In this document: piece after piece, positions 52,970-64,000 of the stretch | Position numbering within the stretch: position 1 is the first letter of the stretch | Layout of the letters: the number at the start of each line of letters is the position of its first letter | NCBI RefSeq assembly: GCF_006345805.1 | Contig: NC_043005.1 | Span: 59,892,001 to 59,956,000, forward strand | Origin: Octopus sinensis | Taxonomy: Eukaryota | Length of the DNA stretch: 64,000 nucleotides | Direction of reading: 5' to 3' | Position numbers and translations under genes: made by a program | Notes under the pieces: generated by a model | Database searches by the model: none | The model's input: only the letters and a program-made list of their open reading frames with translations | What the model was told of the DNA's origin: nothing

Positions 52970-54569
52970 TAGATGCAAGTTATCTGATATAAAAATTAAT
53001 TACTAGAAACGAAAGGAATTTCCTTCTCTCCATATCCCTACATATGGTCTCCCAACATGTCCCCATTCAATTGATGGAAACTTGTAAAAGATTACTTGCT
53101 ATTATATCGACCAATATCTACAGTACATTTTCCAGTTATATTCCATCGTGTATGGAGGTTCTTTTGTTCCATTTTGCTTTTCGATTTTCATATTTCGTAG
53201 TACCTTCATAAAATGTCATATTGAATACAACTCCGGTGTGTATTTAATATTCAAATAACTGGTTAAAAAAAAGACCGAAAAACCAAAAGCACAAAGAATC
53301 CGATTTTCTTTTTAATAAACATTGATAAAAAAATCATTACATATATTTTGCACCAGTAGTTTTTAAGATATGAAAGAAATACAAAAGCAATCGATGAACC
53401 GACAAGGAGACAAATAGCTTTCGAAAATTGTTCTGTGGACACGTTGGATGGCAATGATAATGTTAACTATTATTGTTAAAATTCTTCTCTTTTGTCTTGT
53501 AGCAATGAAGGTTCAAAGAATTTCGTTCAGTCCCAGCACATTCGCAATTCAAATCTCAATAATACGACAACATATTTTCAATATTATTGTTTCGATCATT
53601 TTATATTAGTCATTTCCTTTTGCCGATTGAAGAAACATCATATCACGTATATGTCAATTATTATATGTCAATTATATTTCTCAGATCACCGATAGCGAAA
53701 CTCATTTCACAGATTTTAAATTGTAAAAGGAAACTGTATTTCGTGATTAATTTAAATGGATCAAAGGAAAGAGATGTTACTCTTGCTACCCAATCCCAGA
53801 AGAATTCTGATGGTAGAAACTCATATCAAAAGTCTTCATCTTTTCTTTTCTCCGATAGAGTGTTTCGTGGTTTACATTAGCCCTTGTGTACTTCATTTTT
53901 AATACCGTGCAGAGTGTTGTGGGTGTTATAGCTAGAAGGTACAATGAAATGGTAGAGGGCCCCTTCGTTGGAACGTAGATTTATTAATATATTAACGGAT
54001 CCTCAGGCGACAAAACAAGATTATAGGTTCCAAAACTCTCATTGATGTATATATTTTAAACCCTGTTATGTTTAAGCTTGCTGTTCGGTTTTCGGTTGTG
54101 CAGGAAAATCGAATAGCATCGATTATATCACTTCTACATGAATATCTATTATCGATTATATATATATTCCTGACACTAACAATATACCAAAACATAAAGA
54201 AATATGACAATTTAGAATCCAGTATATATTGATTACTGGTTGTAATACAGGGGAAGGGGAGGAAAAATAAGAAGTACAATGTTCTACTTGTAAAAATAGT
54301 AGTAGCAGTGACAGCAGTAACAGTAACAAAAGCAGGAGGCGCAACAGTGATAGCTGCCACAGCAGTAGTACTAATGCAACGTCAGCGAAAGGCAGTAGCA
54401 ACAACAACAGCAACAACAACAACGATAGCAGTAACGGCAAAAGCCACAACAACAACAATAACGAGAATGATAGCAACAACAAAAACACGCTCGCCGTAGT
54501 AGCGAAGAGCAAGGAATGCACTAATATATATCTCATAAATAGGGACCAAATGCTAACACAAGCATAGAT

Positions 54570-57403
54570 ATTTATAAAACAAGAGAAAACTTGGGCCAGT
54601 CTCACTCTTCCGTCACAGCAATTGAAATAATGGTGAGAAGAACGATGCTTTTCAGATGCATCTCAGCAGACACGAAGATAGCAGGTTTAATAGCTCAAGT
54701 AGATATTGAGGCGGCTCTAAGGTGCATCAGAAATAACATCGAACACATAGTGAGGGACAAACAGTACGGCACCATTTAGGTGCTGTTTAAGTCAGAAGCC
54801 CTCGCTATGAAACATTCAATGACCCCCATGCAACACCAGTAAAGTCATCATGTACCACACCAACATGGGGAAAAGTACAGCATGCGTACCCATTTCTAGG
54901 ATCTCACCAGGACTAGATATGTGGTGGCCTCTGGGATTCATAACCGTAGAGGTTTGGATACTGTCCCGATAGAGGCAACAGGAACTGCCAAGGATGACTA
55001 GCTCGGGGTTGTCCTGGAGATACTACACTAGATCAGACCCGAAAACACAAAAAGATTCCCGGACAACAACCGTGTCCAGAACGGGACAATGATAAATATC
55101 ATAACTAATGGCAAAGAACCGCATTGTTTCGCGTGTGGAGAACCAACTCACTTTCATACTCACTGCCCCCAACTGGTAGAAAGTGCAAGGATTCAAATGC
55201 ATCCACTGCTACCTACGCCGGAACGACGACCACAAACAACACCAACACCGGCAAAACCACCAGGAACAACGCCAAAGACATAAACCACCCTTTGGGGAAA
55301 CAAGGAAATCCCTCCCACCCTCTCACATGAAACAAAGATACACACATAAACAAGATTATAAATATACAAACAGAGGCATATATACAGCAACAGACTCTTC
55401 ATATTCACTGGGAGTGGAAGGAAAACCAAATGGTCAAAAAATAAAAATTCCACATAGCATAACAACACCCACAACAAAAGATGCAGACGCCACCCACATC
55501 TCCCCAAAAAGCACCAACACCAACACAACTAACACAATCACTATCAACAGAGTCCCCCAAACGTAAATAATCTTAACAAGAACAAAGACATACAAACATT
55601 AAAACTGCAGATACCACATTCACAGCTACCACAGACAGAACAGAAACAACAACAAAACCATATCAGCACTACATTCAAGCAAACACATTAAGCAATACCA
55701 ACACAAAACACCCAACTTCATACTCATCAGAAGGGACAACAAGGAATCGATGGCCCTCGGAAGACAAAACACGGAATTTGAAACAGAGGGACTAATATCC
55801 GAATCGAAAACATTTCGTATACCAGAATATTTACGTCTGGTGCGAATGTCGCTGGATCCCTTCTTAAACATTCGAGCTTTCCGGAGGACATGGGAACTCC
55901 GAACGCGAGACCCACATCGAGGCTCTTTAAGGGGTTCCCCAAAAGACACGCTAATTATGGAAGTCGAACCATCCGACTTTCACCAGACACCGAGAAGTAA
56001 TTAAACATTTCCCTTCTCTCTTTAGCTTCCAACATGGCCATACTAAGAGCAGGATTCTTATATGTGCGAAGCACGCATGCATGCTCACCGACCACAGGTT
56101 TCTAGAATTGGATATGATTGCTGTCAGTGAGACCAGCACAGTGGTCCTCATGTTCGATGACTATCAGATCTTTGCATACGTTACTCGACCGGGAATGGGA
56201 GGTGGAGTGGCAATGCTGTTTAGTAAAGAACTGGATCTTGAGGTAAAGTCGATGTTCCAGGACCCGGACGGGAAGTTGGTGGTCATGGACGTGAGCAATA
56301 GTGAAGGTAGTGTCTTTAGGCTAGTGACCGTCTACGCCCCTACCAGAGTCAAACGTCATCTGGAAGCCTTTCTAGGTAGGTCTCGCCTTTTACTGTTAGT
56401 AGGGGCCTTGAAGGAATCTTAGATCAACGCTGGGATTGTGTGGGAGTAGCTAATAGAAGAGTAGGGTGAAATTACTCAAGCACCTGATTTAGCCAGTTCC
56501 AACTCTCTGACAGGTACCGACGAGATTTCCTTAATGCGCCAGGGGGGACGTGGACCAAACGCTTAGTGTCATCTAGATCGTATATATATAGGATTGTCAC
56601 TAGGAAAATAGATAGCAATATGGTAGGAATACAACTTTTTTAAACGGTCATCTATTCAGGCCACAAGTTTGTAATCTATACGGTCGACTTGGAGAAGACA
56701 CGTAGGTTAGGACCCGGGTACTGGAAGCTGAACATGTCGTTTCCGGCACGTAAGGCTTACAGGGGTCAGGTCAGATATTTATTTAAGCAGTTGACGGGGA
56801 GGGGAGAGATTGACAGAAACAGATGGTGAGTGGTTCTCAAAAGAGTGATCAGAGCAATGTCGATAGAATTTAGCAAAGAGACAGCGTTAGAAAAAATAGA
56901 AAGGAAGAGGGGTTAGTTGTTAAACTAGGCTAGGCTATTTGTAGTAGCATTGCAACCGACGTACTAGCAGCGAGAATGGCCTTAGACCAGTTTTTAATGC
57001 CAAACATGAAGGTTGCATTGTCAGAGCTAAGGCGCGTGCTTTAAGAAACGAGGGGATCAAATATGTTCGATGGGTCTGCGTGACGGACTGCAGCATGGTA
57101 ACAAAACCACAATTCAGTCTTTGACAGACCGAGATGGACACGAGCTGAGCGATTCCAATCAGTTGCGTGAGGCCTTTCACCAGCAATTTGCTCGGTTGTT
57201 CGGAGCGAGTGGCGAGGCGGAGATGGTCGCAGACTTCAGTCTCTAACTTGACGGCTTGCTGTGTCTCTCGATGGCCGATGCTGACCGCTGTGAAAGGCAG
57301 ATAACTTCAGCCGAAATTCAGGATGCCTTTGTCGGCTGCACGAGGCGCAAGTCACCCGGTTTAGATGGTCTACCTAATGAACTTTACGTAAATATGCCAA
57401 ACC
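54570..57403 (+). mobile_element. Tx1/L1-clade LINE 5' portion: ORF1 with CCHC knuckle, APE endonuclease and start of RT; decayed
   Basis: CFACGEPTHFHTHC (CX2CX4HX4C, 55125-55166); LDMIAVSET, GGGVAMLFSK and FRLVTVYAP APE motifs; RKSPGLDGLPNELY RT start; truncated at (CTT)n. Confidence 0.88.
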
Positions 57404-57650
<247 letters not shown>

Positions 57651-58153
57651 ATCATGATATTGATAACTCAATTTGTATGTCGAGCATTTGCTGTACCGTA
57701 GAGAGTTGCTATATGTGCGTTAGAAGGATGCAGTGTGCGGTACTAAATGTACAAATCTATTTGTAATCTGTGTGCAGCTCCTACAAACTCTACAGTACGT
57801 GTACAAGTACGTTCCGATGCTTTCGATAAGGATTTTTCTGCGTCTATCCTAATAAATATTAACGCATCTATTTTTATTGCAAGTTCTTTTTCCTATGTCC
57901 TTTTTCTTTGTTTACTTTTCCTGGCTTCGTTTTAACATGACGTTTTCAAGTACTATTTTACAGCTTCATCTTCACATTACAAAGACAATATCTACAGTTG
58001 CTTTTATTTTCTTTCTTTATAACCATTTCAAAATTCACTCTATTTCATATATGTAAGCAAGAGAAGCAGAAGTAATAATTTTGCTGTTTCTTGCATTATA
58101 TATTCTTTTCCTAGAAGCTCTACATTTAGTAGTTTATAATTTTCACGTTACAG

Positions 58154-58245
58154 CTAAATGTACTTGGAAAATCTAGTGTTATATTTCAGGTGGTGCCTTC
58201 AGAAGGCAGTCATCATTTTCCTTGTATTCCTGACTACTGTGGCTG
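58154..58245 (+). CDS. Candidate signal-peptide-coding exon of an unidentified host gene (tentative)
   Basis: Acceptor TTTCACGTTACAG|, ATG at 58158, reading MYLENLVLYFRWCLQKAVIIFLVFLTTVA, phase-1 donor CTG|GTAATA; alternative acceptor ATATTTCAG| at 58189. Confidence 0.35.
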
Positions 58246-59259
58246 GTAATATTATAAGTATAACATATTTCTAGACTGTTACAATATTGATTGTTTCTTA
58301 CCATTGTACTTGTCATTGGCACTGTTTTAATTATCAAACTAATATTTTTTTATATATGCTGGAAATTGTTTCCTTCGTTAATTCCTGAGAATTTGTCTGT
58401 ATTTCGTTTTATTATCTTTGGCTCTTTATCCTACAGGAAATTAGTGGTGTATACTAATTTCCTCACAATGTTGTCTTGGCGGCTTTTTCTAAATCGAATT
58501 TCATACTAATACCTCTATAGAATCCATGTAATGCAATGTAACAGTGTTTCCAGTGAACGTTTTCACCTTATAATTTAAGTTCATCTATAAATATATAAAA
58601 AATACATGAATAGTTTCTTCCTATAACATCTGCATCTGATGTTTGTGTGATTTATCATATTCATTGAACCTACTAATACAATGAAGACAGGGGAGAGAAC
58701 GAAGCAGTTCCCTTGGAAAATGTCTTTTCTCGAAAAGATGGGTTTTATATTTATATTCAAGTCGTTTGTTTATAATAAACAATGTCATGTCGAAACATTT
58801 TTATAACTCATACTATCTATAGAATTACTTATATTCGTCTGCTAATAATACCCTGTTGATTAGTATTTGATTTAGAGACTCATACGAATGCTTACGAAAT
58901 TACTACTGCTCATCTCGAACATAGATCTTATTACTCTTTAGGTAGTTATTTATATTTTCCAATATTATTGTCATTAGAATCTTGAAGAAAGACGGCTAGT
59001 TTTATCTGGTCTATAAAGAAACAAAGAGTTATGCGAAAGCAGGAAATAATCTGGGAAATGTAAATTAACAATTTGTACCATCGTGTCATTAAGTACTCAG
59101 GGTTCTAATATTGGGCGGACTTGATTTTTCACTGTATTATATCAAGAAACAGATGCTGCCGATCTTTCGATATCATTTGAATATTTTACTGAGTACTAAA
59201 AGGCAGTACTTAGAATAAAACCAAAATGCTGTGAAACAATTCTTAATATTTACTTTCGC

Positions 59260-59620
59260 AATTCGTCTGTCTTTGTGTTTTGAGTTGTAATTCCACCGGG
59301 CTCAACTAAGCCTTTCATTCTTCTCGGCGGCGCTAAAATAAGTACAACTGGGATCGATGTAATATTTTTAGCTACTTCCTGTTGGGTGTGTGTCAAACTA
59401 GAAACTAATATTAATTTCTAAAAGGCGGTGATTTGGCAGAATCATTTGACGCCGAGAAAAATGGTTAGCGGCATTTCGTCCATCTATACGCTCTGAGTTT
59501 AAATTCCGTCGAGGTCGTCTTTGGAGTCGAAAAGATAAATATCAGTAGAACACTGGTGTTGATGCAATCGTATTACCCATCCTTTGAAATTGCTGGTTTT
59601 GAGCCAAAATTTGAAATCAA
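59260..59620 (+). mobile_element. Two decayed tRNA-derived SINEs in tandem
   Basis: GAGTTGTAATTCCACCGGG..TAAAATAAGTAC; AAAGGCGGTGATTTGGCAGAATC..AAATTCCGTCGAGGTCG. Confidence 0.6.
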
Positions 59621-60727
59621 TATTTAATTTCGAGAGAGCAGCAAAAGTCCTACCAATATTTGTAGTTCAATTTCGAGTCACCTGTAAAAATAACGTCAAT
59701 ACGTTAAAATTCCGTACCACATATCATGCGATTTTCATTGGACAAATGACTTCACGTATCTGATGAGAATCTTATACGGAAGTGAAATGAGTTACTTCTA
59801 ATAGCTGGTTGATTAAGTGGTTATAAATGAAATAGTAGAACTCGGATGTTTCTAAATCAAGATAAATGGTAGCTTATGTCATGAAATTTTTTATCCTAGT
59901 TGATTCTGAGAGAAAACTGAAATTCTCGAAACTCCTAAAATTTCTTTTTCGAACAGTATGAGAAATCATGATATAGGCTACGACAAATGAACCATCCCCA
60001 CGCCTCTGCAGTAGCTCGTGCCTATTGTCTTTTCTTAGGAGTAATCAGGAATATATTTTTCGGTGTTTTGCTTTCTTGGTTTAAGACATCAGGTTGTCGT
60101 TAGAAGGGTACTTGGTATAGTAATTCTGACAGTGTGAACAAACCTGTTTAAACGTATTTCCGTTTACACTCCTTATATATATGTATGTATGAATAATCGG
60201 GCCCGTTCATATAAACATCTGCCATCTTTCTTTTTGATAAATATTATTCCATAGAATGAAGCTACGTGGCAAATTCTAACTAGAATAAAAACTGCAGTTT
60301 CTGGATAATTTTCAAAATCACATATATTCAATTCTAAGTAACAACATAATATTAGACAGTGCTTTGCACGACTACATATTTTCAATTTCATTTTAAAATT
60401 TCTAATTTCTATGCAATGAATACAAACGTCGTCAGTATCTACCTTGACTTCCCTCCTCTTGAGATTCGTTATTTCTAATTATATTTTTCAAACCTGTTCG
60501 AAAGTCTGCAAACTTTCGAATACACATGTTGACACTAGCGTATTCTATCTCATATAACTGGATAAAATACGTACAAAATTTATTAAACTAAAAGCTATAC
60601 AGACATATTTCCTGCAAAGGATGGAGATTGAAATATATTCAAATATTTAGTGAATATATCACACACGCGTGCTTTATATGTGCATGTGTGTGTGCAAGTG
60701 TGTGCGTATGTATAGGCATAGAGAGAT

Positions 60728-60773
<46 letters not shown>

Positions 60774-61185
60774 ATACTGTATAAATTATATAAACTGATG
60801 TTTGTATGTGAAGTTATGATAAAAACAATTTTAGATTATACTGAGAGATTAGTCAATACTTATGAGAACAAAATTTCTTCTTCTTAAACAAAAATAGTAC
60901 TGAAAGTGACCTCGAAGTCTTGGCAAGTTAAACCATCCTGAAGCTGTGGTACATTTCAGTTCAACTGGACATTATAGAGTCTCTCTGTAGGCCGTATAAA
61001 GCCAAGATGAATTTGACAGTCTGGTTATGGCTTAGCTGGCCGAAACATTTAAATCTGTTGGGGATAATTAACCTTTTTAGACGTCGTTTATATAATTATA
61101 TTTATATAATTCCAATTGTATCTTTCTACACGCTCAACATGTAGTGGAGCATCATTATTATTATTATTATTATTATTATCATTAT

Positions 61186-61508
61186 TCAGTAGTTTTATTT
61201 TTATAGCGTGCTTTCACTTCACTACCGAGCGCAGCTCTGTGTGCCTTGGGTATGTGCTGTGATTTGTTGTGATGCTCTGATGGTTATTGTATGGAAAGTG
61301 TTCTGCGTAGGATGTGTGCAGTGCCTAGTAGTGCAATTTTCTGTATGTTATATGTGTTTGTAAGTCCTGGTGTTTTTGTTATGTATTTGTCTGAATATTT
61401 TTTTATCATGCCTAATGCACCTACTATGATAGGAATTGTTTCTGTTTTCAGGTTCCACATTCTAGTTATCTCTATTTCCAGGTCTTTGTATTTTGAGAGT
61501 TTCTCCAT
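61186..61508 (-). pseudogene. Young 5'-truncated R4/Dong-like LINE 3' end (restriction-like endonuclease C-terminus plus 3' UTR) inserted in (TAA)n
   Basis: Open frame MEKLSKYKDLEIEITRMWNLKTETIPIIVGALG..IQKIALLGTAHILRRTLS (EK..KY.DL, PIIVGALG, Q...LLGT motifs); (TAA)n on both sides. Confidence 0.9.
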
Positions 61509-61519
61509 TTCTTCTTCTT

Positions 61520-61550
<31 letters not shown>

Positions 61551-61605
61551 TTATTATTATTATTATTATTACTACTATCATTATTATTATTATTATTATT
61601 ATTAC

Positions 61606-61641
<36 letters not shown>

Positions 61642-61689
61642 AATTATTATTATTATTATTATTATAATTATTATTATAATTATTACTAC

Positions 61690-61722
<33 letters not shown>

Positions 61723-61729
61723 TATAATA

Positions 61730-61801
<72 letters not shown>

Positions 61802-61815
61802 GTTGTTGTTGTTGT
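61509..61815. repeat. Compound microsatellite (TTC)n(TTA)n(TTG)n
   Basis: Directly visible. Confidence 0.95.
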
Positions 61816-61859
61816 TTTATTCCAAGCTGGATTTATATGGTAGCGGGTTACTACATGTA

Positions 61860-62690
61860 AACTTAGGAATCCACACGTTTCCGGTAGTTTTTCAACTGCT
61901 TAGAAACCTCCTGATAATCCTTGCTGACCCTAAGAGGCACATTTTCTAGCTCTACTGGGCATTCTATTCCAATTTCCTTCGGCCATTTGTCTATACCTTG
62001 GTTACTGTTTCCAAAGCAAAAATTACGATAGGTACGACCTTTCCTGTTCGCTTGTTCCAAATTCTTCCTATTTGAAATTTCAAAGGATTATATTTTTTCG
62101 GTTTTCTTCCCCTTTCTTTACGATTCTGGAATCAAACGAGCATGATGGGCCGATAAGTAAGCAACGTCGCTTTTCTTTATCTGTAATATTAATATCTGGT
62201 GTATTATTTTCTAACTTCTTGTACGTTTGAAGAGAAGTGTCACACAAAATTTTAATTTCTCTGACTCTAGTATTCTTTTGTCTCGATAAATGTATGTCAT
62301 GTTTCTAGCTTCAAATCCCTATTTCTGGTACAGTTTCCAGAGTAACACTTTTATTATCTGCTTCTGATTCCATTTCTTATAGTCTTCCTGTGCCAGCTTG
62401 AGGCATTCTTCCACAATGTATCCAACACTCTCGTTAAAAGTTCCACAAGCCCTACATTTTTCTGACATATTCTCTCCATATATATTTTTTGTCAAGTTGT
62501 TTCTTTTTATCGCTTGATCTTGAGCTGCTACAATTAAGCTTTGTGTTTCTTTTTTTGATTTTAACAAACCTAGGATTTTTTTTACGTACGCTCTCCAAAA
62601 TTTGTCTTGCAAAGATTTTTCTTCGATCTGTTTGACGTGCTGTCTTTGTATTTTAATTGTTATCCTTTTCTCCTATTACGCGCTTCATCA
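61860..62690 (-). pseudogene. Older R4/Dong-like LINE C-terminal fragment (CCHC finger plus RLE)
   Basis: Reads KKETQSLIVAAQDQAI..KCRACGTFNESVGYIVEECLKLAQEDYK (AAQDQA, C..C..E...HI...C..LAQ.EYK motifs), followed by a decayed RLE. Confidence 0.8.
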
Positions 62691-62704
62691 CCTTTCTTAA
62701 TTAT

Positions 62705-62930
62705 AAAGGAGTCAATGTAATCGACCAGCCTTCTCCCCCAAAGTTACTGTTGATTCGGCGAGGTGGCAGAATTGGCAACACGTGAGATAAAGTTCTTAGT
62801 GGTATTTTTCGTACTTTTGGGATCGACCAAATAAGTTCCATCCAAGTACTGAGGTCGATATAATCGACTAGCTACCTTCCCCAAAAATTCAGTCCTTGTT
62901 CCTATAAAAGAAATGATTAATATCATTATT
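62705..62930 (+). mobile_element. Decayed tRNA-derived SINE fragments
   Basis: GGCGAGGTGGCAGAATTGG head; GTCGATATAATCGAC hairpin; (ATT) tail. Confidence 0.55.
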
Positions 62931-64000
62931 CTTAATGTTTTCGTCATTCTCGTCGACATCTGTTTCGTTGTTTCAATGTTGGCAGATCGGGAGAGTCAAC
63001 AAAGTATCTGATAAATGTGTTTGAGATTTGTTCTGGGTCTTTATATCCCGAGTTCAACTCCTACCGATTTCAACTTTACACTTCATTCTTTCGTGGTCGT
63101 TACATCAAAATACCAGTGAGACACGGGAGACAACTTAACGTCCTCTCTAAAATTTTATGCCTTGTGCTTATGCTAGTAAAAACATTATTATTGTTTTCAC
63201 TATCAACTTGAATGTTACCAACAGTAACAACTTTTAGAATATATTTAGTTATTCATTTATTATCGCTTTGGTTTTCTTAAACCTTTTCGCATGAAACATC
63301 TTCAATAATGGAGTAAGGCAAATCATGTACATCTACAAATAAACTGAGACAAACAAGCACACATTCTCGTGCGATAGAACAATAAAGATAAAAATTACGA
63401 ATAGGGAAAGAAGGGGAAAAACCCAGCGTTTTGTTGTAGAAGATTGAAGAAAATTGTGATATCAAACGGTATTTGTGTTTAACGTATCACAAAACAGTTG
63501 CGGTTCTGTCATATATAATAATAGCGTATGTAATTAGAAAAATATGGGGTATTAAGAAAACAATATAAATGTATAATATGGATTTTTTTACAGCATATTT
63601 AGACAAAAATCTATCATGGCATAAAAGGAAAGAAAAATATAGAAAGCCATACACCCTTATTTTATATTACATGTTTTAGTAATAACAAAAAGCATGTATA
63701 TATTAAAGCTCATAAATTTTTATTTGCTACTTAGATATATATTTTAGTTCTTTGAGATGTTTACTATTGTTTCTGTTGGAAGATAATAAAATTTACATAA
63801 TGCTCTTTCTAAAAGAAACTTATCAAGCTCTACATCAACTATTCGTATTGGACTTGCTGATGCATTATACATAAGATGTTGCACAATGTTTGCATTATAC
63901 AACTCCACGCCCCTCCAAAAATCAATATATAGAAATACAACAATACAGTAAGATACAGAGAGGAAAGATAAAAAGAAAAAAAAAATCACGCGTACACATA

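Noticed and set aside
59755-59810. CTGATGA..GAAA motif
   Set aside because: No convincing stem II, III or I; expected by chance.
60960-61060. Possible decayed hammerhead (CTCTGTA-GGCC..GGCC-GAAA-CATTTA)
   Set aside because: The core needs a 2-nt deletion, stem III is not palindromic and stem I does not pair.
63744-63989. 81-aa minus-strand ORF (..DVELDKFLLERALCKFYY..)
   Set aside because: No recognisable motif; it begins in low-complexity T-rich sequence at the window edge.

Overview
AT-rich, microsatellite-saturated eukaryotic DNA. The SINE families and repeat landscape point to an octopus/cephalopod genome (inference from recalled repeat families, not a database search). No intact protein-coding gene is supported, and most ORFs in the supplied track are microsatellite artefacts. 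The window is a patchwork of decayed mobile elements: R4/Dong-like RLE LINE fragments (4, all minus strand), Tx1/L1-like, CR1-like and RTE-like LINE fragments, mariner (DD34D) and maT (DD37D) transposons, many tRNA-derived SINEs, a Helitron-like element and a MITE-like foldback. The main discovery is a dense set of minimal type I hammerhead ribozymes (HHRs) between 3.9 and 33.9 kb. There are 9 motifs with intact CUGANGA/GAAA cores and 4 decayed ones, from about 6 sequence families. They sit in Penelope-like (PLE) non-autonomous elements that repeatedly form head-to-head foldbacks, with RNA 3' ends pointing outward into (TA)n or AT-rich targets. One foldback has a clean 13-bp target-site duplication. 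Another has two tandem HHR units that would excise a 535-nt RNA. In three different families the inverted arm lacks the 3' tail carried by the other arm. Two weak candidate host exons (an 18-nt microexon and a signal-peptide-like exon) lie on the plus strand.
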